Notes under the pieces: generated by a model
What the model saw: only the letters and a program-made list of their open reading frames with translations
Told to the model about the DNA's origin: nothing
Databases searched by the model: none
Origin: Paenibacillus agilis
GTDB lineage: Bacteria; Bacillota; Bacilli; Paenibacillales; Paenibacillaceae
NCBI RefSeq assembly: GCF_007786455.1
Contig: NZ_VNJK01000001.1
Span: forward strand, 1,090,782-1,114,781
Length of the DNA stretch: 24,000 nt
Direction of reading: 5' to 3'
Shown here: in pieces, positions 8,583-15,890 of the stretch
Numbering within the stretch: position 1 is the first letter of the stretch
How the letters are laid out: every line of letters begins with the position of its first letter
Position numbers and translations under genes: made by a program

Positions 8583-8605
8583 TAGTTGAATTTGAAATGA
8601 ATGTA

Positions 8606-8715
8606 ACGGCTACGTTGTCCTGCTTGCAGGTGCGGCGTAGTCGTTTGCTTTTGGACCAAAACGAGTGATGTAACTGCCGGGGTTGGATTTAAATTTCAAG
8701 CAGTAGAACGTTTCA
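8606..8715 (-). pseudogene. Decayed fragment A of a second RT gene: its last ~40 codons plus stop
   Basis: Aligns by eye to 9733-9843 (the RT 3' end). The first 28 nt are identical and roughly 80 percent overall. The minus strand reads ...TFYCLKFKSNPGSYITRFGPKANDYAAPASRTT*, against RT ...TTFCAQKITSKSGSYTARFGPKTNDFTAPASRTT*. Confidence 0.6.
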
Positions 8716-8891
8716 TGATAATGAAAAGTAGACATAAAATATCTTAGATTAACGAAAAGAGTTTCCTCCGAGATAAAGTCGGTATAAGATGATAGGTACG
8801 CTTGCTAGTGAGATTTTAAGAAGGTAAATTTACTTTAATTATTAATCATATAAGTACAATAAACGTTATTTTTAGAGAGGAGGTTTTGTTG

Positions 8892-9434
8892 ATGAATCTT
8901 AGTTATATTCTATATACAGTTTTGTTGATCTTAGTATGGGTGCTATTGCTGACAGGTTTCATAATAAAAAGAAATACTAAATTCATCCGAGGGTACCTGT
9001 GGGTATCTGTGCCCTGTATCTCATTGCTTTTATTGTATTTTTGGAATACTAGCCTAAATAATTATGTACGAAGTTATTTATTCGCAGCTCACACTTATAC
9101 TTGTGAGTATTACGACAGCTTAAAACCACACTCTCTCCCTCTTCCTAAAAGAAGTGTATTAAAAGGCAAATCAGATGCTTGTTCCCCGTTTTATTTGACG
9201 TTTTCGAAAGATAAAGATGTTATTTCATTTTATGAGACAGTATTAATCGAATGGAAAAATAAAAAATTAATTTCAGGATTTCATTATGCTGAAAGGGACC
9301 ATCAATATGGTGGTAAAGAGAAGGGGTATGTTGCCTCAATCCCTGATGGAGCTACCCTTGATATATTTATTCATGTTTTGCAGGATAGTTATGAGGGACA
9401 GATGTTATCGATCCGATTTAAACGTAGTGGATAA
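8892..9434 (+). CDS. Hypothetical membrane protein, 2 N-terminal TM helices plus a ~110-aa soluble domain
   Basis: ATG 8892 lies 8 nt after GAGAGGAGG (8875-8883). The TM helices are ILYTVLLILVWVLLLTGFII and YLWVSVPCISLLLLYFW. I recognise no family. Coding is very AT-rich. Confidence 0.6.
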   Translation: MNLSYILYTVLLILVWVLLLTGFIIKRNTKFIRGYLWVSVPCISLLLLYFWNTSLNNYVRSYLFAAHTYTCEYYDSLKPHSLPLPKRSVLKGKSDACSPFYLTFSKDKDVISFYETVLIEWKNKKLISGFHYAERDHQYGGKEKGYVASIPDGATLDIFIHVLQDSYEGQMLSIRFKRSG

Positions 9435-9557
9435 TGTAAAAGTCTTCATGAATGAGATCTCGAAAGACAAATGGGCGATCATGGACCGCCTGTGCATACC
9501 TATGGAATTTCTATATACTCAAGCTCAGCGTGGCTATTATTAATAATTGAACCTATA

Positions 9558-9638
9558 TAGAAACTCAAACGCAGAATGTACATAGTTTCCTTACGGCTAT
9601 CATCTTTGCAATATACGATTTTTATTTATGGTTAATGT
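9558..9638 (-). pseudogene. Decayed fragment X of a second RT gene (motif 6-7 region)
   Basis: Aligns by eye to 9845-9925 at roughly 80 percent with a 1-nt indel. The minus strand reads P*IKIVYCKDDSRK..., then after the frameshift NYVHSAFEFLY. The RT reads PEKTKIVYCKDDSRKGNYAHVSFEFLG. Confidence 0.55.
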
Positions 9639-9683
9639 TCTCCCTATTTTTTAATATCCATAACAGGTGCTCAATTATATTGT

Positions 9684-9738
9684 AAAAGCCGTTTTCCTGT
9701 AAAAGGGGAAATAGATCATTGAAAGCGAAATCACGGCT
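9684..9738 (-). terminator. Weak terminator-like hairpin overlapping the RT stop codon
   Basis: On the minus strand, AGCCGTGATTTC (9738-9727) pairs with GGAAAACGGCT (9697-9687), forming 6-bp and 4-bp helices with a bulge. Only UUU follows, and the loop is long. Confidence 0.25.
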
Positions 9739-10696
9739 ACGTTGTCCTGCTTGCAGGTGCAGTGAAGTCGTTTGTTTTTGGACCAAAACGAGCGGTATAA
9801 CTGCCAGATTTGGATGTTATCTTCTGTGCACAGAAAGTTGTGCCTAGAAACTCAAAAGAAACATGAGCATAGTTGCCTTTACGGCTATCGTCTTTGCAGT
9901 ACACGATTTTCGTTTTTTCTGGATGAGGGGTAAGCTTGTATTGCGCTAATCTTTGCTGCAACTGGGCAAGCAGCTTTTTCGCGCTTGTTTCACTTTTACA
10001 ATGGCAAATGATATCATCTGTGTAGCGCTCGAAAGGAATATCGGGGTGTTTCTGCTGCATCCATTTATCAAAAATATGATGCAAATACACATTGCCTAGC
10101 AAAATATTGAGTTTGCTGCCTTGTGCGAGTCCTTTTTTTGATTTGACTACTGTTCCATCTTTCATTTGAACAGGTGCTATCATCATGCGATGGGTGTACA
10201 GCAATGCCCATTTGCTCCGAATATGTGTTTTCAACATCTCCATAAGCAGCCGATGGTTAATGTTTTCTCCAAACTTTTTAATATCTATGACAAGTGCCCA
10301 ATCATATCGTAAACAGCGTTCGCCTGCTATGCGTACGGCATCATCACGCGCTGGTCTTTTTTGTTTATAGCCATATGAATTGGGATGAAATAGACGCTCG
10401 AATCCAGGGGCAAGTTCATTTTTTAACAGTGTTTGTACAATAAAATCTTTCACCGTTGGAATACCCATTGGCCTCCATCCGCCGCTTTTCTTGGGGATTA
10501 CGATTCTTCGAACGGGAGAAGGAACATATTTGCCGGAGTTAAGCTCTACCCACAATTCATGTAACCGTTTGATTCGATCTTGCTTAAAATCTTCAATGGT
10601 CTGACCATCTATGCCGACCACTTTGGTTTTTTCTGATTGTCGGAATGCTTCCAACAAAATGTCCTTTGAGATTTGAAAGCGCCGCGTCTTTTCCAT
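9737..10696 (-). CDS. Reverse transcriptase, group-II-intron-like (RVT_1), free-standing, no thumb/maturase/endonuclease domain
   Basis: Motifs: VIPKKSGGWRPMGIPTVKDFIVQ (1-2), VIDIKKFGENINH (3), KGLAQGSKLNILLGNVYLH (4), RYTDDI (5), EKTKIV (6), FEFLGTTF (7). The ORF ends 25 aa after motif 7. The SD-like sequence GAGGGGGA lies just upstream of ATG 10696. Confidence 0.9.
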   Translation of the reverse strand: MEKTRRFQISKDILLEAFRQSEKTKVVGIDGQTIEDFKQDRIKRLHELWVELNSGKYVPSPVRRIVIPKKSGGWRPMGIPTVKDFIVQTLLKNELAPGFERLFHPNSYGYKQKRPARDDAVRIAGERCLRYDWALVIDIKKFGENINHRLLMEMLKTHIRSKWALLYTHRMMIAPVQMKDGTVVKSKKGLAQGSKLNILLGNVYLHHIFDKWMQQKHPDIPFERYTDDIICHCKSETSAKKLLAQLQQRLAQYKLTPHPEKTKIVYCKDDSRKGNYAHVSFEFLGTTFCAQKITSKSGSYTARFGPKTNDFTAPASRTT

Positions 10697-10739
10697 CTTA
10701 TCCCCCTCTGATCATCCATCTGAGCGATAGGAATGTACC

Positions 10740-11180
10740 AGCATATGAGAAGGTTCTCGTTTCGGTTTGTACAGTAGTCCATGTGGGGAATTGTATCTCA
10801 GGCTGCGCTGCACTATGGATTACCTATGCCAATCAAATTCCGCTAACGAGCGCTATGGACGTTATTTTCGTAAAATGATTCATTTTAGATTGCTAACGGT
10901 TGTAGTCGAGCTTATTTTAGCAATGATACCAAATGATATCGATCACACCGACAATTAAGCTCGCTGACACCCGTTACATTTCAAAATTCATCCATAAGCA
11001 CGGAATAGCCTCCGTGGCAACCGTTAGCGCAATTTTTGCTGCGTTGCTCTTTGCAGTTAGGGCAATTGACTCTCAGTCCTAGATACAATCACATAGCTAT
11101 AAGCTGCTACTACTTTTTTGCATAAGCTTTTTGCCTACGTGTAGGAAGTACCTATAAGTAAAAGGGCGAGCTCCTTTGGA
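10740..11180 (-). ncRNA. Candidate structured non-coding RNA upstream of the RT (boundaries and strand provisional)
   Basis: Nested perfect helices: 10892-10902/11018-11028 (11 bp), which encloses 10907-10914/10956-10963 (8 bp) and 10999-11004/11011-11016 (6 bp). Further helices: 10872-10878/10880-10886 and 11144-11148/11151-11155. No ORF here has an RBS. I found no convincing promoter. Confidence 0.3.
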
Positions 11181-11445
11181 GAAGAGAGCTGTGAACTATT
11201 ATTAAACATGAGCGAACTTCAAAATAATGGGTAATCAACAGGTCCAAAGTATTCCTATTTTGATAAAATGTTAAAATTAACAGAAAGATATCTCCTAAAT
11301 CATGGATATCTATAACAAATAATTGATGTATTATATTGTCTCGTTTCGTTCCTCATGGTAGTCTACATCGGAGATATCCATAACATATAGCGCTACAGCA
11401 GCATTTTGTATGGCGGCCTAGATGAGCGAGAAGGAGAAGATTACG

Positions 11446-13269
11446 ATGAAGAAGAAAGTCGCTATTATTTTCACCTGCATCTTACTGATCACAACAATTG
11501 TTACGTATGCATGGAATGCAAGTAGTGCCAGCCCTCGTGTTATCCCTATCCCTCCAGCGGGTAAGACGTCGGAAACGGAGAAGAGTGTAAGTGTAGAGGC
11601 CATTGTTGGCAGTAATATGCCAATTGAAGAGAAGGCAAAAAAGATTGTCGTTCTTATGAATGATAAGGAAAAAATAGGCCAACTTGTCATGTATACGCCT
11701 ACGAATCAAGCCGATCCCTTTTCAGAGAAGATGATAAATGAATATAACGTGGGCAGTGCCTTGGTAACGGCAACGATGAATAATACGGTTCACACGGCTC
11801 AGTTCAACAACCAATTACAACGGTTAGCGTCTGAAACCCGATTAGGCCTCCCGTTATTCATTTCTGGTGATATGGAATATGGAACGGCTCAGAGAGTTCC
11901 TGCTAACGGTACCATTTTGCCTAGACAGATGGCGATTGGAGCGACACGTAATATCGGATACGCGGAGCAAGCAGCACGGATAACGGCCAAGGAAGCCAAA
12001 GCATTGGGCTTTCAATGGAGCTACTCACCGGTCGTAGATGTAAACTCCAATATAGAGAATCCGGTTATTGGTGTACGTTCATTTGGAGAGCAAACTCAAA
12101 TGGTCTGCGACATGGCTGTTGCACAATTGAAAGCGTATCAAAGTGAAGGTGTCTTATCCAGCGCTAAGCATTTTCCAGGACACGGGGACACTAGCTTTGA
12201 CACACATACAACACTTTCTAAAGTATCCTACAGCGAAGATGTATTGAGACAAGTGCATCTCCCTCCATTCAAAGCAGTCATTGATCAAGGCATTGAATCG
12301 ATTATGACATCCCACATTATTATTGAAGCGATTGACTCAACACTTCCAGCAACGTTATCGAAAAAAGTTCTAACCGGCCTATTGCGTGAGGATATGGGGT
12401 TTAAAGGAATGATTATTACCGATGCGATGGTCATGGACGCCATATCAAAAAACTGGGGAGCGGGCGAAGCCGCCGTTATGGCTGTTAATGCAGGTGCAGA
12501 TATAGTAATGGCCAATGGCTCAGCAGCAGATCAATTCGAGACGTTGGATACTTTATACGGAGCATTGCAGGCCGGGAAAATAGAAAAGAGTCGTGTTGAT
12601 GATGCAGTGACACGAATTATTACTTATAAATTAAAAATGAAAACGTTTGATAACCGTTATGTTGATGTTGATCGGGCTGTAAAAATAGTCGGAAACGGAG
12701 AGCATTGGGATCGTTCCTATCAGATGGCTTTGGACTCAATAACGCTGCTCAAAAATGAAAACGTGCTTCCGTTCGATCCTAAGTCGAATGAAAAAACACT
12801 TGTCGTAAGTATGGCCTATGCGGAACGGATTGCAAAGATGGTTAGGGCAGTAAGCAAGGGCGAAGTATTGTCTTATCAAGCGGCACCAGCTTGGGGAGAA
12901 CCATTAGATGCAACGGAAGAGGCTATTCAAGGAGCTCTTGAAAAAGCAAAACAAGCCGATCGTATTATTGTATTTACACAGTCAGATCGCAAAATTCCAA
13001 AAGGCCAAGTAGATCTTGTTAACCAGCTAGTCGCTACAGGTAAGCCTGTTGTGGCGGTTGCTCTCGGCAATCCTAGCGATATCGTAAGTTATCCAAATGT
13101 GAAGGCTTATCTAACAGCTTATGCCGCTGATACATGGTATTGGATTACTCCTGTCCCGATCGCTTGGAATGCATCAGTTGAAGTTATATTCGGCACAAAT
13201 CCAAAGGGGAAACTGCCTGTTACATTAAGTAAAGAGTACCCAAGAGATTTTGGACTTAGCTATCGCTAG
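11446..13269 (+). CDS. nagZ: Secreted glycoside hydrolase family 3 beta-N-acetylhexosaminidase (NagZ/YbbD-like)
   Basis: The KHFPGHGDTSFDTHT signature and GFKGMIITDAM are present. The N-terminal signal sequence is MKKKVAIIFTCILLITTIVTYA. I prefer ATG 11446, in frame with the listed 11422, with AAGGAG (11431-11436) 9 nt upstream. Confidence 0.85.
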   Translation: MKKKVAIIFTCILLITTIVTYAWNASSASPRVIPIPPAGKTSETEKSVSVEAIVGSNMPIEEKAKKIVVLMNDKEKIGQLVMYTPTNQADPFSEKMINEYNVGSALVTATMNNTVHTAQFNNQLQRLASETRLGLPLFISGDMEYGTAQRVPANGTILPRQMAIGATRNIGYAEQAARITAKEAKALGFQWSYSPVVDVNSNIENPVIGVRSFGEQTQMVCDMAVAQLKAYQSEGVLSSAKHFPGHGDTSFDTHTTLSKVSYSEDVLRQVHLPPFKAVIDQGIESIMTSHIIIEAIDSTLPATLSKKVLTGLLREDMGFKGMIITDAMVMDAISKNWGAGEAAVMAVNAGADIVMANGSAADQFETLDTLYGALQAGKIEKSRVDDAVTRIITYKLKMKTFDNRYVDVDRAVKIVGNGEHWDRSYQMALDSITLLKNENVLPFDPKSNEKTLVVSMAYAERIAKMVRAVSKGEVLSYQAAPAWGEPLDATEEAIQGALEKAKQADRIIVFTQSDRKIPKGQVDLVNQLVATGKPVVAVALGNPSDIVSYPNVKAYLTAYAADTWYWITPVPIAWNASVEVIFGTNPKGKLPVTLSKEYPRDFGLSYR

Positions 13270-13330
13270 AGTCATAGACGCGGTCATAATCTCATTTTGT
13301 CTGATACCTACGAAAGAAATATAACAAACG

Positions 13331-13360
13331 AAAAGCAGCCTACTAGTAGGCTGCTTTTTT
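13331..13360. terminator. Bidirectional intrinsic terminator between convergent genes
   Basis: aaaagcagccta (13331-13342) pairs with taggctgctttt (13347-13358), loop ctag. A-run and T-run flanks give a U-tract on both strands. Confidence 0.8.
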
Positions 13361-13366
13361 GATACA

Positions 13367-15733
13367 TTATTTTATTGTTTTAATTTGAGCATCGAACCGA
13401 CCAAGATTCGGGGCTGAGCTTACAACAGCTTGCGGTATCGCAAAAACTTCGTTGGAAGGACTGCTTTCGCCTCCTAGGCCGCTAGCCGTAACTACGTAGT
13501 AATAAGTCGTATCATTTATGACGCCCAAGTCAACAAAACCATACGTGCTCCCAGTCACGGTTGCAATGGTCGTATATGGACCACCGGATGTACTTGCTCG
13601 TTTAATATGATACTGTGCAGCGCTGTTTACTAACTGCCAGTACAACGTTACAGTTGAGTTTCCTGCTTCGGCTATTAGACCAGCTGGCGCTGGAGTAGGT
13701 GGTACTACTTGTTTTGGTGTCGCAGAAACCTCGTTGGAGTTACCACTTTCGCCACCTTGGTTGCTAGCTGATACGACATAGTAATAAGTCGTATTATTTA
13801 CGGCATTCGTATCTACAAAGCGATATGTGCTTCCTGTAACCGTGCTTATTGTCGTAAATGGACCACCCGTTTTGGTAGCTCGCTTAATATTGTAATTGGA
13901 TGCACCATTGACTAATTGCCAGTTCAGCGTCACCTTCGAATCCCCTGCTGTCGCTATCAGATTAGTCGGCTTGGAAGGTGGCTGTACTTGGTCTTTTCCA
14001 AACAAATTCCACTCGATTACAAGATCGGCCCCAGCTGGTTTCAGCACAACGGTCGTTACATTTTTCACCGGAGTCGGAAGGGTTTGAACGGTATCATTTA
14101 AGGTTGGATTCGAATGAAAGGTATATAGATGACCAAAATTTTTATCATAGAACTCTATACTCCCCTTCTTAACATCGCTATGCAGGATTACCGAGGTGAT
14201 TTCTTTTGGAGAGTTGAACTTATACCAGACCCAATTATTCGCTTCGACTCGGATATAGGTAGCCGGATTATTGTCGGTTATTACTCTCGTTGTTTTTGTT
14301 GGATTTGGAATGGAAGTACCTATATCTAGCACTACTCCATCCAACAAGCCACCTGTATATTTGGTCACGCTTGCTTTCATCGCTGCGAAAGGAGAATCTG
14401 CACTGAATCCTGCTTCATTTCCAGCTGCTACAACATAATAATAGGTTACACCATTGGTTACTGATCGGTCCGTATAGGTCGTACCTGCAATATTAGAGGC
14501 AAGTATGGAGTATGGGCCACCAGAAGATGTTGCTCGTTTGACCGTATAATGTGCAGCACCCGTATGATCCCAATCCAAAGTAACAAGTTTATCTCTACCT
14601 TGGATCCAACTAATCTTGGTTGGAGCTGGTGGAGCTGATGCCTTCGTAAAGACATTCCATTCGGATACGAGATCGACTTTAGATGGTTTTAACACCACGG
14701 AAGCCACATTTTTCACTGGCTGCGGAAGAGTTTGTACACCATCATTTATGAGCGAGTTGTACGTATACAGTAGATTATTATTGCTGTCATAGAAATTTAT
14801 GCTGGACTTTGTAGCTTCGCTTTTTAGGATAAGGGATGAGATTTCTTGTGGAGAGCTGAACTTATACCAAACCAAGTAATTCAATTCCACTCGAGTATAG
14901 GTGGTCGCATTATTATCTGTGATCACTCTCGTCGTTGTTATTGGATTTGAAATGGAAGGGCCTATATTTAGCGTAGCTCTATCCAACAAGCCACCTGTGT
15001 ACTTCGTTGCAGCTGGCTTTATCATTGCTTGAGGTGAGTCAACACTTTGACCTGCTTCATTCCATGCTGAGACTACATAATAATAAGTTACACCATTCGT
15101 TACTGTTCGGTCTGTATAGGTAGTTCCTGAAATAGTAGAGGCAAGTGTGGAGAATGGGCCACCAGAGGTTGTTGCCCGCTTGATCGTATAGTATGCAGCA
15201 CCGGTATTATTCCAATCGAAAGTTACTATTTTATCTCCACCTTGTATCCAGTTGATTTTGGTTGAAGCGGGTGGGGTGAGTGCCTTCGTAAAGACATTCC
15301 ATTCAAATACGAAATCAGCCCTAGATGGTTTTAATACGACCGTACTCACATTTTTCACTGAAGTCGGCAGCGTTTGTACACCGTCATTTACGACCGAGTT
15401 GTACGTATATAGTAAATTGTTATTATTATCATAGAATTGGATACTTGACTTGGTATCTTCGCTTTTTAGGATGAGCGATGATATTTCTTTTGGGGAGCTG
15501 AACGTATACCACGCTAGGCTGTTCAATTCAACTCGAGCGTAGGTTGTTACATTATTATCCGTCATTTGGAGAACACCTGCGCCAGAAGGTTGACCGACTT
15601 GTTTGCTGACTTTAATAGCTGCTCCATCCAGCAGCCCGCCTGTGTATTTACTTGGCGCAGCATGGACGGGATGGATATTCACTAACGGTAATAACAATAC
15701 AAGTGTCATGACAATACCAAGGATTCTTTTCAA
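13367..15733 (-). CDS. Secreted multi-repeat protein: 3 x (discoidin-like putative binding module + FN3) followed by additional FN3 domains
   Basis: The signal peptide MKRILGIVMTLVLLLPLVNIHPVHA/AP uses a TTG start at 15733, preceded by GGGAGGAG (15746-15739). FN3-like units recur (GD.V.L.W...GA..Y.IKRAT..GGP...TYYYVV.A.N..G.S). The discoidin-like assignment is low confidence. Confidence 0.8.
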   Translation of the reverse strand: MKRILGIVMTLVLLLPLVNIHPVHAAPSKYTGGLLDGAAIKVSKQVGQPSGAGVLQMTDNNVTTYARVELNSLAWYTFSSPKEISSLILKSEDTKSSIQFYDNNNNLLYTYNSVVNDGVQTLPTSVKNVSTVVLKPSRADFVFEWNVFTKALTPPASTKINWIQGGDKIVTFDWNNTGAAYYTIKRATTSGGPFSTLASTISGTTYTDRTVTNGVTYYYVVSAWNEAGQSVDSPQAMIKPAATKYTGGLLDRATLNIGPSISNPITTTRVITDNNATTYTRVELNYLVWYKFSSPQEISSLILKSEATKSSINFYDSNNNLLYTYNSLINDGVQTLPQPVKNVASVVLKPSKVDLVSEWNVFTKASAPPAPTKISWIQGRDKLVTLDWDHTGAAHYTVKRATSSGGPYSILASNIAGTTYTDRSVTNGVTYYYVVAAGNEAGFSADSPFAAMKASVTKYTGGLLDGVVLDIGTSIPNPTKTTRVITDNNPATYIRVEANNWVWYKFNSPKEITSVILHSDVKKGSIEFYDKNFGHLYTFHSNPTLNDTVQTLPTPVKNVTTVVLKPAGADLVIEWNLFGKDQVQPPSKPTNLIATAGDSKVTLNWQLVNGASNYNIKRATKTGGPFTTISTVTGSTYRFVDTNAVNNTTYYYVVSASNQGGESGNSNEVSATPKQVVPPTPAPAGLIAEAGNSTVTLYWQLVNSAAQYHIKRASTSGGPYTTIATVTGSTYGFVDLGVINDTTYYYVVTASGLGGESSPSNEVFAIPQAVVSSAPNLGRFDAQIKTIK
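13440..15649 (-). repeat. Intragenic tandem repeats (~645-nt units) plus tandem FN3 units
   Basis: KYTGG codons recur at 15649, 15004 and 14362, giving periods of 645 and 642 nt. Long stretches of nucleotide similarity are visible between units, for example atccaacaagccacctgt at 14981-14998 against ccaacaagccacctgt at 14341-14356. Confidence 0.8.
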
Positions 15734-15890
15734 ATAGACTCCTCCCAAAATCTCAACTCAAATCCAGACACACAAAAGTCCATTTCTTATGTACCTACGA
15801 CTTGGTATTAATCAAAATACCATGTGATATTCTACTAAGTCTATATACATATTTTTTGTCATATTATCCTCTTCTGATCGAGAATGAACG

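Noticed and set aside
7380-8659. Antisense ORFs inside the sulfotransferase gene. The same class occurs at 2018-2212, 2878-3598, 4603-4851, 11418-11709, 12285-12515, 13896-14329, 15252-15434, 16285-16476, 16937-17373, 18092-18550, 19714-20083, 21412-21940, 22952-23137, 23326-23865
   Set aside because: All are embedded in or opposite to well-supported genes and lack an RBS and recognisable motifs. These are typical shadow ORFs.
9286-9543. 85-aa ORF overlapping the end of the 2-TM gene
   Set aside because: It overlaps out of frame, has no RBS, and gives an AT-rich random-looking sequence. It is most likely a shadow ORF.
8606-9843. Diversity-generating retroelement (TR/VR pair) formed by the two copies of the RT 3' end next to a short group-II-like RT
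   Set aside because: The roughly 14 substitutions I could align include transitions and transversions at all four bases. Whichever copy and strand is taken as template, only a minority involve adenine. The RT has QGSKLN in motif 4 rather than the DGR-typical ..SQ. No C-type-lectin-like target gene ends in either repeat.
10645-10958. Plus-strand ORFs of 77 and 63 aa in the RT upstream region
   Set aside because: Neither has a Shine-Dalgarno sequence. They overlap each other and the RT start, and their composition is not protein-like. The region is better explained as non-coding.
10892-11028. Retron msr-msd, with the 11-bp inverted repeat as the a1/a2 stem
   Set aside because: The RT motifs are group-II-like (LGIPT-type, FLG), not retron-like (no VTG or NAxxH). 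The repeat encloses only ~115 nt and ends ~195 nt before the RT start. It is kept only as part of the generic ncRNA hypothesis.
9545-11420. Intact mobile group II intron
   Set aside because: There is no GUGYG 5' end, no domain V/VI-like sequence downstream of the ORF, and no maturase/En domains. The ORF starts directly after the structured region, with no room for a canonical domain order. A few short words resemble intron domain I motifs (CCCTAAC...TTATGG, CGAAACGA, GAGAACCT), but I recalled these from memory and they are in the wrong order. A decayed intron remnant remains possible and is listed as the refutation test.
15818-15837. Inverted repeat tggtatt-aatcaa-aatacca between the methyltransferase and the repeat-protein gene, considered as a terminator
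   Set aside because: No U-tract follows on the minus strand and the stem is AT-rich. It could be an operator, but I have no supporting evidence.
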